Assembly (NCBI GenBank): GCA_963771465.1
Contig: CAVYTU010000015.1
Location: 576,001-640,000 of the forward strand
Direction: 5' to 3'
Length of the DNA: 64,000 nt
Source of the DNA: an uncultured delta proteobacterium
GTDB lineage: Bacteria > Desulfobacterota > Binatia > UBA9968
Both the position numbers and the translations under genes were made by a program. The notes below the pieces were generated by a model. The model made no database searches. It was not told the DNA's origin and saw nothing but the letters and a program-made list of their open reading frames with translations. Shown in pieces: positions 28,950 to 39,338 of the stretch (positions within the stretch are counted from its first letter, which is position 1; the number at the start of each line of letters is the position of its first letter).

Positions 28950-30179
28950 ATGTATCGCACGAGCAAAGAAGAAAATGAAATCCTAACGCGAGTCAGCGCT
29001 GGCACTCCGATGGGAGAACTGCTTAGGCGCTACTGGTGGCCCATCGGCATCTCCGCTCACCTCAAGGAAAAACCAACATACATTCGCGTGCTCGGTGAAG
29101 ATTTGGTTTTATTTCGCGATAGCGCCGGACAGCCGGCGATCATCGGCGCCAAGTGCGCCCACCGCAGAGCCAATCTTTGTCTTGGCAACGTCGAGAAGGA
29201 CGGCCTGAGATGCCGCTATCACGGTTGGCTTTACGGTAACGACGGCCGCGTGCGGCAAACACCGGGGGAACCAGCAGGCAGCAAACTCAAAGACTCGATC
29301 ACCCATCCGGCTTATTCCGCACAGGAACTCGGCGGTTTCATTTTTACTTACATGGGTCCCAAACCGATACCGCTGCTGCCGCGTTATCATTTTCTCGCCG
29401 CTGAAGGCGAGCGCCATTCGATCGTGCAGGGTTTTGGCCGGTGCAATTGGCTGCAAGCGGTGGAAAATGGCATCGACCCGCTGCACGCGGGATTCTTGCA
29501 CGGCGATATCTGGGACGCAGTTTCCGCGGAGCCGGAAACAACCTGGTTCGAAGAAACCGATTTGGGGATCGTTTACAAAGTTATTCGTCCTGGGCGAAAA
29601 GCGGGCGAGTATAATTACCGTGAGCATCACTTGTTTATGCCTGGCATCAGCTCAGGCGGCGACGCATCGGTCAGCGAAGGCGCAGACAATCCGCCGCCTG
29701 ACGAATTGCCCGCGGTGACAGCGCGTTGGAGCGTGCCTCTCGACGACACGCGGATGATGCATATGCGGGTATTCTTCAAACCCGCGAGCAAAAACGCCAA
29801 GCCGCTGCAGTTCAAAACGCTGAGTTTGGCGCAGACCCGCACGTCGCCGTTTCAAGTCGAACCTTACGGCGAGTACACCGGATCGGACACGCCGACGCTC
29901 GGTTATACGATCCCCAGATCGATCGGCGGTGAGGACGCCGTCATGCTCGACAGCATGGGCACAATCGTCGATCGGGAGAATGAAAATTTAACCGTCGCCG
30001 ACGAGAGCATGGAGATGCTGCGCAAAATGTACTTGAAGCAGATCGCTGTGGTGCAAAACGGCGGTGACCCGCTCGGCGTGGTGCGCGATGAGAAAAAAAA
30101 TCAGCTGATTATCGCCGGTGGCCTGTATCGCTGGGTCTCGCCCGAGGAACGCAAACAGTTGCTCGAGAAAGCTGCGTAA
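28950..30179 (+). CDS. Rieske non-heme iron oxygenase alpha subunit
   Basis: CAH...CRYH, ENGIDPLHAGFLH, GGAGG RBS. Confidence 0.92.
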   Translation: MYRTSKEENEILTRVSAGTPMGELLRRYWWPIGISAHLKEKPTYIRVLGEDLVLFRDSAGQPAIIGAKCAHRRANLCLGNVEKDGLRCRYHGWLYGNDGRVRQTPGEPAGSKLKDSITHPAYSAQELGGFIFTYMGPKPIPLLPRYHFLAAEGERHSIVQGFGRCNWLQAVENGIDPLHAGFLHGDIWDAVSAEPETTWFEETDLGIVYKVIRPGRKAGEYNYREHHLFMPGISSGGDASVSEGADNPPPDELPAVTARWSVPLDDTRMMHMRVFFKPASKNAKPLQFKTLSLAQTRTSPFQVEPYGEYTGSDTPTLGYTIPRSIGGEDAVMLDSMGTIVDRENENLTVADESMEMLRKMYLKQIAVVQNGGDPLGVVRDEKKNQLIIAGGLYRWVSPEERKQLLEKAA

Positions 30180-30216
30180 ATCGCTGACGCCACTTGGCGA
30201 GACAGAGGTTGACTCC

Positions 30217-30678
30217 ATGGAAATCGAAAAAAAACTGAATGCGCTGGGATATCAAGTTCCGAGTGTTCCTGGCGCTGCCGGCAACTATATCGGCTGTGTC
30301 AGAGTCGGCAATCTGCTGTTTGTTGGCGGCAATACCGGACGGGTCAACGGATCGCGCCGCTACGAAGGCAAAGTTGGTGATAAGGTCAGTCTTGAACAGG
30401 CCTATGAGATGGCGCGAGATTGCGCACTCAATCATCTGGCGGTGATCAAAGCGGCTCTCGGCGATCTCGACCAGGTTGAACGGATCGTAAAGGTGTTAGT
30501 GTATGTCAACGTCGCGCCGCAGTTTAACGACATGGCTAAAGTAGCCAACGGCGAATCGGATTTGCTGGTGAGCCTGTGGGGTGAGCGCGGACGCCACACC
30601 CGCGCGGCGATCGGCGTCGCATCACTGGGCGGCGATGCGCCAGTGGAATGTGAAATCACGGTGCAAGTTCGTGATTAA
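30217..30678 (+). CDS. RidA/YjgF family protein
   Basis: GNY..VRVGNLLFV, VANGESDLL, GRHTRAAIGVASL..DAPVECE. GAGG RBS before MEIEKK. Confidence 0.88.
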   Translation: MEIEKKLNALGYQVPSVPGAAGNYIGCVRVGNLLFVGGNTGRVNGSRRYEGKVGDKVSLEQAYEMARDCALNHLAVIKAALGDLDQVERIVKVLVYVNVAPQFNDMAKVANGESDLLVSLWGERGRHTRAAIGVASLGGDAPVECEITVQVRD

Positions 30679-30855
30679 TTTCGCTCTGGCAAGGCTTGTT
30701 CTGAGCGCGGTGACACGACAACCGAAAAAGAAATTTCGCAATCGCAAGTTTAGCCACGAGCAACGCAAAATAGATTGGCAATTGTAATGTGATCGCCGAG
30801 CCGATGCATGACCAGGCGAACATTACGATGAGAAGCAAATAAGGAGGACAATTCA

Positions 30856-32190
30856 ATGGGAGCAGGACCGAATTTGGAAGGCATGGCGTTTACCAAAGAG
30901 GAAAACGAGCAACTGACCCGCGTCGGACCGGGAACGCTGATGGGCGATTTGTTCCGTCAATATTGGGTCGCAGTGGTGCCGACTGCCTTATTGCCTGCAT
31001 CGGCTAGCAAGCCGCTTCGGGTCCGGCTTTTGTGCGAAGATTTGGTGTTGTTTCGCGCCGGCAACGGCAAGATCGGTTTGGTCGGCGCCTACTGTCAGCA
31101 TCGTTTGGCGCCGCTTTATTTTGGCCGAATTGAAAATGATGGCATTCGCTGTCCCTATCATGGTTGGAAATACGCCACCGATGGCACCTGCATGGAGATG
31201 CCGAACATTCCCGCCGAGCAGCAATTCTGCGACGCAATCCATCATCCCGGTTATCCTTGCGTTGAGTACGGCGGCATCATTTGGACCTACATGGGTCCGG
31301 CGAAAGAATTGCCGGCATTGCCGGAATTTGAGTTCGCTTTGGTATCGGACGATTTGCGCCGCCATCGATTGTTTCGTTCGGAAGGAAACTATCTACAAGT
31401 AATGGAAGGCGGCATCGATCCGACTCATGTGATGTGGTTGCATTCGCCCTATAATTTGGCCGACGATGAAGTGGCACAAGTCCATCAGGGCCCGCAACAG
31501 GTGGTCGCCAACAAGTCGCGCAAACGCACCCCCGATCAAACCGATATCGTCGATACTCCCGGCGGCTTTATGTACGGCACGAGACGGAGCCTCAATGACG
31601 GTACGAGCCTGTGGCGTGTGAATCAATTCATGGTGCCGTTTTACAGCATGCCTCCGGGTGGCGATCTGCGCGGCGCGCGCATCTATGTGCCGATCGACGA
31701 TGAAAGTTGCGTCAAATGGCAGATCGCCTGGTATCCGAACCGAGAAACCAAGGAAAAGAGCCAGGAGACGCCGCGACTGATTCAAGACAACGAGGAATTT
31801 ATGGAGGCCACGAATCAGCCCTTTGGCTTCATTATCCCCAAGGCTAACAAATCCAATGATTACCTGGTCGATTGGAATACTCATAAAAGCAGAAGAATGG
31901 GAATCACCGGGGTCAATCTTCAGGACATGTGCGTCACCGAGGGCCAAGGGCCGACGCCGATTTTGGATCGCACTAAAGAAAATCTTTGCAGCGGCGATCA
32001 GACTGCCGGCAAAGCGCGCCGCATTTTGCTGCGGCTCGCCAAGGCGCTGCGCGAGCGCGGCGCTGCACCCTTGGGCGTGCGCGACCCAGAAATCTACCGG
32101 GTGCGCGGCACGTCGGTCGTCGTGCCGGACAATCTCAATTGGGTCGATTCGGTTAAAGAGCGCGTAACGGTGGCGAAAACCGCGGCGTGA
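30856..32190 (+). CDS. Rieske non-heme iron oxygenase alpha subunit, paralog of 2300-3652
   Basis: Rieske domain identical to the 2300 copy, EGGIDPTHVMWLH, AAGGAGG RBS. Confidence 0.92.
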   Translation: MGAGPNLEGMAFTKEENEQLTRVGPGTLMGDLFRQYWVAVVPTALLPASASKPLRVRLLCEDLVLFRAGNGKIGLVGAYCQHRLAPLYFGRIENDGIRCPYHGWKYATDGTCMEMPNIPAEQQFCDAIHHPGYPCVEYGGIIWTYMGPAKELPALPEFEFALVSDDLRRHRLFRSEGNYLQVMEGGIDPTHVMWLHSPYNLADDEVAQVHQGPQQVVANKSRKRTPDQTDIVDTPGGFMYGTRRSLNDGTSLWRVNQFMVPFYSMPPGGDLRGARIYVPIDDESCVKWQIAWYPNRETKEKSQETPRLIQDNEEFMEATNQPFGFIIPKANKSNDYLVDWNTHKSRRMGITGVNLQDMCVTEGQGPTPILDRTKENLCSGDQTAGKARRILLRLAKALRERGAAPLGVRDPEIYRVRGTSVVVPDNLNWVDSVKERVTVAKTAA

Positions 32191-32251
32191 TTCTTAGTCA
32201 GCAAGCAAACCGCGTTCAGAAGACGACTCGTGCTCGATTGGAGAAGACCGA

Positions 32252-33043
32252 ATGGACCTTGGTTTGACCGGACGAGTCGCCATCGTGGCAGGCGCCAGCA
32301 AGGGTTTGGGCAGGTCGATCGCGGTCGGATTGGCGCGCGAGGGAGCGCATGTCGCGATCTGTGCCCGCAGCCAAGACCTCATAACGAGCACGGCAAAGTT
32401 TATTGAAGCGACCTATGCCGTCGCAGCGCTGCCCATCGTCGCGGACTTGCGCCATCCCGCCGATATCGACCGCGTGGTCGACGCGACCATTCAACGCTTT
32501 AACCGCGTCGATATTCTTCTCAACAACGCCGGCGGCCCGGCGCCGAAGAGTTTCGAAGAATCTAGCGGCGATGACTGGGAAAAAGCCATGGGCCTAAATT
32601 TTCTCTCCGGAGTGCGACTGATTCAGCGGGTGCTGCCGCCTATGAAAGCGCGACGCTGGGGCCGCATCGTCAATATTCTATCTTCCGGCGTGAAACAGCC
32701 GATCGATGGGTTGGTTCAATCCAACGCGGCGAGAGCCGCGATGGCGGGCGCGGCGAAAACGCTCGCGCGCGAAGTGGCGGTGCACGGGATTCTGGTTAAC
32801 AACATCTGTCCTGGGCGAATCCAAACCGAGCGAGTCAACGAAGTCGACGCCGCCACAGCGCGGCGTAAAGGGGTGAGCGTAGAAGATGTGCGGCGCGAGA
32901 GTTGCCGCGAGATTCCCATGGGACGCTACGGTCAACCCGAAGAGTTCGCCAACGCGGTAATATTTTTGACGTCCGAGTGCGCCAGCTATATCACCGGCTC
33001 CACGCTCCAGGTCGACGGCGGCTACATCCGGTCGCTATGGTAA
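32252..33043 (+). CDS. SDR family oxidoreductase (BKR-like subgroup, SxxxR in place of YxxxK)
   Basis: GASKGLG, NNAGGP, SNAARAA, PMGRYGQPEE, VDGG. Confidence 0.9.
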   Translation: MDLGLTGRVAIVAGASKGLGRSIAVGLAREGAHVAICARSQDLITSTAKFIEATYAVAALPIVADLRHPADIDRVVDATIQRFNRVDILLNNAGGPAPKSFEESSGDDWEKAMGLNFLSGVRLIQRVLPPMKARRWGRIVNILSSGVKQPIDGLVQSNAARAAMAGAAKTLAREVAVHGILVNNICPGRIQTERVNEVDAATARRKGVSVEDVRRESCREIPMGRYGQPEEFANAVIFLTSECASYITGSTLQVDGGYIRSLW

Positions 33044-33089
33044 GCGACGATGACCGATGGTTTCGACGCGATGAATAAGATTGTGCGCC

Positions 33090-33707
33090 TTACCATTCGC
33101 GCGTGATCTCGGCTGAGTCGACGACGTCGAAGATTCTTTCCAACGATTTGAGCGCTGCGTCGTAGGTATCTTTGAATGGACTGCCGACGCAGTCGCGCAC
33201 GATCACCGTATAGTAGCCGAGATTGAGCGCGTCGCGCGCGGTGCCGTCGATACCAGTCTCGATGGACGCGCCGGCGAGGATCAGAGTTTTGAGGCGATAT
33301 TTGCGCAGCCACCATTCGAAACTTGTGCCGAGAAACGCGTTGGGCAAGAATTCCTCGAAAACGATATCGTCGGATTGGGGCTCCAGACCCTGAGCGAAGG
33401 TCGCCGCACCGGCCGTCGGAATTGTTAACGCATTGGGATCGCTCAGGCGCATTTGTTTCATTCGCATACGGATCATCGGCGCGCCGAGGCTTTTCCAGTC
33501 CACCGGTCCCGGCGTCGAATACATCACGCGGACGCCGCTTTCTCGCGCCTTGGCCAGCAGAGCCTTCGTGTTCGTCAGCATGGCCGCGCCGTTGTAGCAG
33601 CGAGCAATCGCTGCCGCTGATACATTCCACAGCAACAAGCCGGAGTGTTTGGGCTCGACCACTTCGGCGAATTGCTCCAGAATCTCCATACCGGCCCAAC
33701 GAATCAT
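33090..33707 (-). CDS. isochorismatase-fold protein with degenerate catalytic triad
   Basis: Paralog of 6249-6896 (PNAFLGTSFEW, GIDGTARDA, RDCVG) with WN, EEF and G at the D/K/C positions. GGAGG RBS. Confidence 0.85.
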   Translation of the reverse strand: MIRWAGMEILEQFAEVVEPKHSGLLLWNVSAAAIARCYNGAAMLTNTKALLAKARESGVRVMYSTPGPVDWKSLGAPMIRMRMKQMRLSDPNALTIPTAGAATFAQGLEPQSDDIVFEEFLPNAFLGTSFEWWLRKYRLKTLILAGASIETGIDGTARDALNLGYYTVIVRDCVGSPFKDTYDAALKSLERIFDVVDSAEITREW

Positions 33708-33946
33708 GCTTCTGTCCTCCTACGTGGTGCCATCGCCGCCAGCGTTACCATCTCCGTAACACCGCACGTCGCGTGGCCGTAAACATATTAGCGCTGTGGG
33801 CCGCCTGTCAATCGCAACTTCACCACAGTGATCGATATTTCGTTTGACAACTAGGCGCGCCATTATGGTAGCTATGACTTTGATCAGGGACTTGATGTCG
33901 CGCATAGTAAAATTGCGCCAACCGACCCCGATCCTGCCTGTTTGCA

Positions 33947-35680
33947 ATGAAGATCGACACGTTAGATGGGTCACCGGTGCAAAGCAAGATTTTTTCTTTG
34001 CGCTTCGATGGGCGGACACTTTTGCTGTCGTTGTTTTTGGCGTTTATCGCATTGCTAGTATTCACGCCACTACTTTTCCTTCTGTACGGCAGCATCGAGA
34101 TGGCGCGGCCGGACGGAACCACGGTATACAGCTTACAAGGTTGGCGCCAGGCGCTGGCCAATCCCGGCATCGCCGGCGCGATTTACAACAGTTTTGCTTT
34201 AGCCGTCGCGCGCCAATCGCTCGCCATCGTCATCGGCATTTTTCTCGCGTGGCTGATCGCCCGCACCGACATTCCCTTTAGCGGTTGGCTCGAGTTTTCT
34301 TTTTGGCTGTCCTATTTTATTCCGTCCTTGCCGATCGCTTTGGGATGGATCCTGCTTTTGGATCCGAAGTACGGGTTGATCAACCAGTGGCTGGCCGCGC
34401 TGCCATTTATCAGCGAAGCGCCGTTTAACGTTTATTCTTTTTGGGGCATCGTCTGGGTGCATTTGAGCGCCAGCACCATCGCCATCAAGGTGATGTTGCT
34501 GACACCGGCGTTTCGCAACTTGGACGCGGCCCTCGAAGAAGCGTCTCATGTCGCCGGCGCCGGCCCGCTCAAAACGCTCTTGAAAATTGCCGCGCCGATC
34601 ATGATGCCGACGATACTCGTGGCGTTTATTCTCGGACTCATTCGTTCGCTCGAAGCGTTTGAAATCGAGCTGATCTTGGGCCGGCCCATCGGGCTCCATG
34701 TCTTTTCGACCAAGATTTATAGCTTCATGACCATCGAGCCACCGCAGTTTGCCCCGGCGTCGGCGCTCGGCAGTTTTTTTCTCATCGTGCTCGGCCTGTT
34801 AGTCGCGTTGCAGCGCGTTTTTCTGCGCCAGCGAACCTACACGACGATTTCGGGCCGCGGGTTTAGCGCCCGCTCGATCCGCTTGGGCCGCTGGCGCTAT
34901 GCAGCTCTCGCTTTCGTTGCCGTCATCGCTCTCTGCACCACGGCGGTGCCCATCGCTTCGCTTTTTTTCGCGACCTTTATGAAGCTCTTCGGTTATTTTT
35001 ATATTCCCGAGCCCTGGACATTGGATAACTGGCGCCAGGTTATGAAAGACCCGATTCTCTTGCGCTCCTTGCAAAATACTTTCGTGCTCGGCATCTCGGC
35101 GGCGGGACTCGGCATCCTATTGAGCAGCGCGATCGCTTACATCATCGTTAAATCGAAATTTTTCGCCCGCGGCTTCCTCGATTTTATTTCTTGGATACCC
35201 TGGTCGATTCCGGGCATCTTGCTCGGCATGGCGCTCGCATCTTCACTGCTGTTGATCCATAAAATCGTGCCGCTCTACGGCACCATGGCCGCGCTGGTGG
35301 TGGCCATGACCATCGCCGGGTTGCCGCTGACGGTGCAGGTGATCAAATCGTTTCTCATGCAACTCGCCGACGAATTGGAAGAAGCGTCGCAGGTGGCTGG
35401 CGCGACTTGGCTTACGACGTTCCGCCGCATCCTGCTGCCGCTGCTGCTGCCTTGTGTGATCGTCGTCGGCTTGCTTGAATTTATCGCCTCGGCGCGCAAC
35501 ATCAGCACCGTGGTTTTACTAGCCACCGGTAAGAATCGAACGTTGTCGCTGCTGATGCTCGATTACACCGCGGGCGCGGAACTGGAGAAGGCGACGGTGG
35601 TGGGCGCGATCATTGTGTTGATGGTATTGACCGCGGCGATCGTCGCGCGCATTCTCGGCGGCAAGGTCGGGATCCGCTGA
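33947..35680 (+). CDS. ABC transporter permease, FbpB-type
   Basis: Multiple TMs, EAA motifs LEEASHVAGA and LEEASQVAGA. Confidence 0.9.
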   Translation: MKIDTLDGSPVQSKIFSLRFDGRTLLLSLFLAFIALLVFTPLLFLLYGSIEMARPDGTTVYSLQGWRQALANPGIAGAIYNSFALAVARQSLAIVIGIFLAWLIARTDIPFSGWLEFSFWLSYFIPSLPIALGWILLLDPKYGLINQWLAALPFISEAPFNVYSFWGIVWVHLSASTIAIKVMLLTPAFRNLDAALEEASHVAGAGPLKTLLKIAAPIMMPTILVAFILGLIRSLEAFEIELILGRPIGLHVFSTKIYSFMTIEPPQFAPASALGSFFLIVLGLLVALQRVFLRQRTYTTISGRGFSARSIRLGRWRYAALAFVAVIALCTTAVPIASLFFATFMKLFGYFYIPEPWTLDNWRQVMKDPILLRSLQNTFVLGISAAGLGILLSSAIAYIIVKSKFFARGFLDFISWIPWSIPGILLGMALASSLLLIHKIVPLYGTMAALVVAMTIAGLPLTVQVIKSFLMQLADELEEASQVAGATWLTTFRRILLPLLLPCVIVVGLLEFIASARNISTVVLLATGKNRTLSLLMLDYTAGAELEKATVVGAIIVLMVLTAAIVARILGGKVGIR

Positions 35681-35715
35681 TGGAGAGAATTTCCAAAGCA
35701 CCAAAGGAGTCGCGA

Positions 35716-36828
35716 ATGAGAAGTTCCATTTGTAAATTGACGACATTACTTTTCGTCGCCTACGCGCTGGCTTTTGCAGGTGCGGCGCGGGCACAATGGC
35801 AGACGGAATGGGAACGGGTGCAAGCCGCGGCGCGCAAGGAAGGCAAGTTGGTGGTGAGTATTCCACCGAGCGCCGAGCTAAGAGTTGCGCTTGAAGGCGC
35901 GGTCAAGCAAAAGTTTGGCATCGAACTGGAAATCGTCTTGGCCAGCAGCACGACTCTGACGAAACGGGTCGGCGATGAGTTCAAAGCCGGCGTGCGCTAT
36001 TTCGACGTCATCACCAGCACCTGGGATTCGCTCTCATACAACCTCTTGCCCATGGGCGCCATCGAGCCGCTGGAACAGTATTGGATACTTCCCGAAGTTA
36101 AAGACCCGGCAAACTGGTGGGGCGGTCATATCTGGACGGACTCGACCAAGCGGTTCGCGTATTCGCCGCTCGCGTATATGCTCGATAACATCTGGTACAA
36201 CACCGGCCACGCTAAAGCGGAAGAGTTGCGCACCTACGATGACTTGCTCAATCCGAAGTGGAAAGGAAAAATCGCCGTATGGGATCCGCGGACGGGCGGC
36301 GGCGCGGCGCTTGGTATCTGGAGCTACCTATGGCTGACCAAAGGCGAAGCCTATCTTCGGAAACTCGTGCAGCAGAATCTCCAATTGGTCGAAGATCGGC
36401 GCTTGGTAGCGGATTCGTTAGCGCGCGCCAAGGCTGCAGTTGCCATCGGCGCGACCTATTATAGCTACGCCGCATTCATCAAAGCCGGTTTGCCGGTGAA
36501 ACCGTTACCGCCTTCGAGAGAAGGTACCTACGTTTCGGTCGGCAACGGCGGGCCGGTCGTGATCAAGAACCCGCCTCATCCCAACGCGGCGAAGGTTTAC
36601 GTCAATTGGTTGCTCAGCAAAGAAGGCCAGCAGCTTTACACTAAGGTGTTCGGCCAGGCAACGCGCCGCCTCGACGTCGACACCAGTTCGATGGCGGAGT
36701 TCGGCGTGCGCGCGGCGAAAGACAGCATTAGCATTGATAACTTTTACAAGTGGCAGAATGCGCTCGAAGACAAGGATTTGACGGTGCGCCGTCCGTCATT
36801 GGAATTCGCCCGCAAAATTTTGCCTTGA
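35716..36828 (+). CDS. ABC substrate-binding protein (AfuA/FbpA-like)
   Basis: AAGGAG RBS before MRSSI (alternative start 35680), signal peptide, ARKEGKLVV, DLLNPKWKGK, PHPNAAKVYVNWLLSKEGQ. Confidence 0.88.
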   Translation: MRSSICKLTTLLFVAYALAFAGAARAQWQTEWERVQAAARKEGKLVVSIPPSAELRVALEGAVKQKFGIELEIVLASSTTLTKRVGDEFKAGVRYFDVITSTWDSLSYNLLPMGAIEPLEQYWILPEVKDPANWWGGHIWTDSTKRFAYSPLAYMLDNIWYNTGHAKAEELRTYDDLLNPKWKGKIAVWDPRTGGGAALGIWSYLWLTKGEAYLRKLVQQNLQLVEDRRLVADSLARAKAAVAIGATYYSYAAFIKAGLPVKPLPPSREGTYVSVGNGGPVVIKNPPHPNAAKVYVNWLLSKEGQQLYTKVFGQATRRLDVDTSSMAEFGVRAAKDSISIDNFYKWQNALEDKDLTVRRPSLEFARKILP

Positions 36829-37721
36829 GCATCGAGTTCTTACAAAACGTCGACATGATTGTCAACTCCACTGGAAAGGGGCCGCCTGGAAGGTGGCTAC
36901 GGTTATTTTGGCTCCATGAAGATCCAATTCAGAAAAGCGAACCAATTTGGGTCCAATTTTTTTCGTGAAGATTAATCTCTTTCCGTTGCGGTAGACCCAA
37001 TCTCTCGAAACCGGCAGCCGAGCTCGAAAGAACGCATTATTTCCAGTTCGAATGGTCAGCGAGGAACAGGCGGGAACTCAAATTGGTGGAGGCAACGGGA
37101 CAGTGTAAAGATCTCCTCGCGGGAATCCCATAGCCTTTACGATTTCCTGTACGTACATCTCTGTCTTTGGGAAATGCTGCCATGCAAGAAGGGAAATATT
37201 TCTCCCTTGCGTCAAGCGCCCATGGGTCGACCCCGAACTATAGATCGATGCTGCAAGATCGATTTCATCCAAAATCTTCTGACCTTCTGGGCCGGCTTCA
37301 AACTATTTGTCCCCTATTTAAGGTGTCCGTCAAACCGGGGCTAACTCACCTTAAACGCGGTGTAGAATTTGCATTAAAAGAGAACAGTTATAACCCATGG
37401 ACACATTGGACACATTGCATTTGTCTTTACCCCGCGTCGCGCACATGCTAATCATTTGTTTTCGCAAACGGAGAAGGAAGGTACCGGGAAAGTTTGACTT
37501 CCTCCTCTCCGCCAGGAAGAAATTCCCATAGACTTTTACGTCCACATCAAAGCGATGTTAAATGGCGATCAACAAGTAGCTGGGCGTTGACATTCTACCT
37601 GCTGACATTAAGAAGTTTATTTGCCGTGAAAAATCTAATCGCAGAAACCCGAGCTGCCTACTACTGTGTTTTTCCGGTACCATAAAAAAGTTGAGTCGAC
37701 GCGAAGAGGCGGACGATTGCC

Positions 37722-39338
37722 ATGAACCGCAGTCATTTTGATTCACAGGCAGCGGATCTCAGCGCAAAAAATGAAGCCCAGCCGTTCCACAGTAATCTTC
37801 ATTTTCAGGAAGTACTTGCAACCCTGGGCTACGGCATAATCGCTCGTAAAGGTCTCATCCTTCTCATCGGCGATGCGGGCACCGGCAAAAGCGCGCTGCT
37901 GCATCAACTCACGCGCGAGCTGGATAGCAACGTCACCTACATCTTTGAGTCTGAGCCCGAGGTGAATTTTACGGATTTGCTTCGACTTGTTCTCAGTCAT
38001 CTGGAAGGCGCCGGCGATACCCGGGGCGGACTTTCGATGATGCAACGCTGCAAAGCCATTTTGCGCTCCCAACTGGACCAAGGTCATATCATTTGTTTGA
38101 TCATCGACAACGCGCAACGTCTGCGCGATGAGACCCTTGAATACGTACTACACAATTTCTTTAGCGCCATCTCAGCCGCTGGTGATGAAAATCTGTTGCA
38201 AATTGTCCTGGCGGGGCGACCTGAGCTAGGGGAACGACTCGCCCAGCCGCGCCTGCGCTCGCTTAAACCTTGCTCCGACCTAGTGTGTCAACTTCAACCG
38301 TTGCGGGACAAGGACGTCGCCGCCTACGTCGAGCATCGGCTTCGCGCTAGCAACCTGGCCGTCGATATATTCGGTGGCGCGGCAATCCAACAAATCGCTG
38401 CTTATACCGGCGGCAATCCACAGAAGGTCAATGTCCTTTGTGATTGTGCGCTGCAAGCTACCGACAGATCGCACTGCGAAGTTACCCCCGAGATGATCAC
38501 CCGCGCCGCGCGAGAGCTCGATCTTTCTGAGGCCCGGCCTCCGCCCAGCGATAGGGTGGCGCCCAGGTTTGAAATACCCAGCGAACGCGACGAACCTTCC
38601 CGCTTTCAATTGGTCGATGGCGACGTGAACGAAATGGTCAGACAAACGTTTCTGAACTGCACCGTCGACGCCCGCAGGCCATGGCTTTGGCCGTCGGGTC
38701 GAAATCGAATGGCGGTTCGAATCTTGGTGCTTCTCATCCTTCTCGGCGGCGCCGCTGCATGGTTGCAAAGTGAGACAGGAAAAAGCCAACTGGCAGCCTG
38801 GACCGGGAGGCAAAGCGGGAACGAAGGTTCAAAACAAGGATTACCGGCCGACGCCAACGCACCGCTAGTCGCGAAGCAAGACATCCCCGCCTCACCCACC
38901 ACGCCAGCTCCATCAACTCGGCCGGTGCCCAAAAGCGCAGTTCCTTCATCGCCAATGAGCGATTCTGGGACCAGGAGCCTTCCCCTTCCCAACAACGAAA
39001 AATCCGCCGACCTGCCGTCTCCGGTGCCAACGGAGAAAGCTGCAGAAAACTCCTCGACAGCAAAACCCGCGCCGAGAAAGGCTCCTGCGCCACCGATTAA
39101 CGACCGCTGGCCGGCGGCGGAGAATCGCGCCGTCCAAAGACAAATTCTCGCGGCGCAAGTTTCCCGAGCGATCGGGAATCGCGCCATCGTCGGTGTCGAC
39201 GTTTCCATGACCAATGGCACCGCCGTCCTCAAAGGCCGGGTGGCCACGGAACGGCAGAAAACTGCCGCTGAACAAGCCGCTCGCAGCGTTGCGGGAGTAA
39301 AGCGAGTGCGCAACCGCATTGCGGTTTCTGGAAGCTAG
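37722..39338 (+). CDS. ExeA/GspA-like AAA ATPase with TM helix, Pro-rich linker and C-terminal BON domain
   Basis: GDAGTGKS, IIDNAQ, QIVLAGRPEL, GGNPQKVNVLCD, a TM segment, then VLKGRV...AARSVAGVKRVRNRI (BON). Confidence 0.82.
   Translation: MNRSHFDSQAADLSAKNEAQPFHSNLHFQEVLATLGYGIIARKGLILLIGDAGTGKSALLHQLTRELDSNVTYIFESEPEVNFTDLLRLVLSHLEGAGDTRGGLSMMQRCKAILRSQLDQGHIICLIIDNAQRLRDETLEYVLHNFFSAISAAGDENLLQIVLAGRPELGERLAQPRLRSLKPCSDLVCQLQPLRDKDVAAYVEHRLRASNLAVDIFGGAAIQQIAAYTGGNPQKVNVLCDCALQATDRSHCEVTPEMITRAARELDLSEARPPPSDRVAPRFEIPSERDEPSRFQLVDGDVNEMVRQTFLNCTVDARRPWLWPSGRNRMAVRILVLLILLGGAAAWLQSETGKSQLAAWTGRQSGNEGSKQGLPADANAPLVAKQDIPASPTTPAPSTRPVPKSAVPSSPMSDSGTRSLPLPNNEKSADLPSPVPTEKAAENSSTAKPAPRKAPAPPINDRWPAAENRAVQRQILAAQVSRAIGNRAIVGVDVSMTNGTAVLKGRVATERQKTAAEQAARSVAGVKRVRNRIAVSGS

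Noticed and set aside
32252-33043. SDR lacking YxxxK as a novelty
   Set aside because: SxxxR is typical of a known BKR-like SDR subgroup.
36829-37721. Short ORFs in the gap between the two blocks
   Set aside because: All under 100 aa, mutually overlapping, with no RBS or motif support.
38606-39319. 237-aa antisense ORF
   Set aside because: Mirror of the Pro/Ala-rich linker and BON region on the plus strand.
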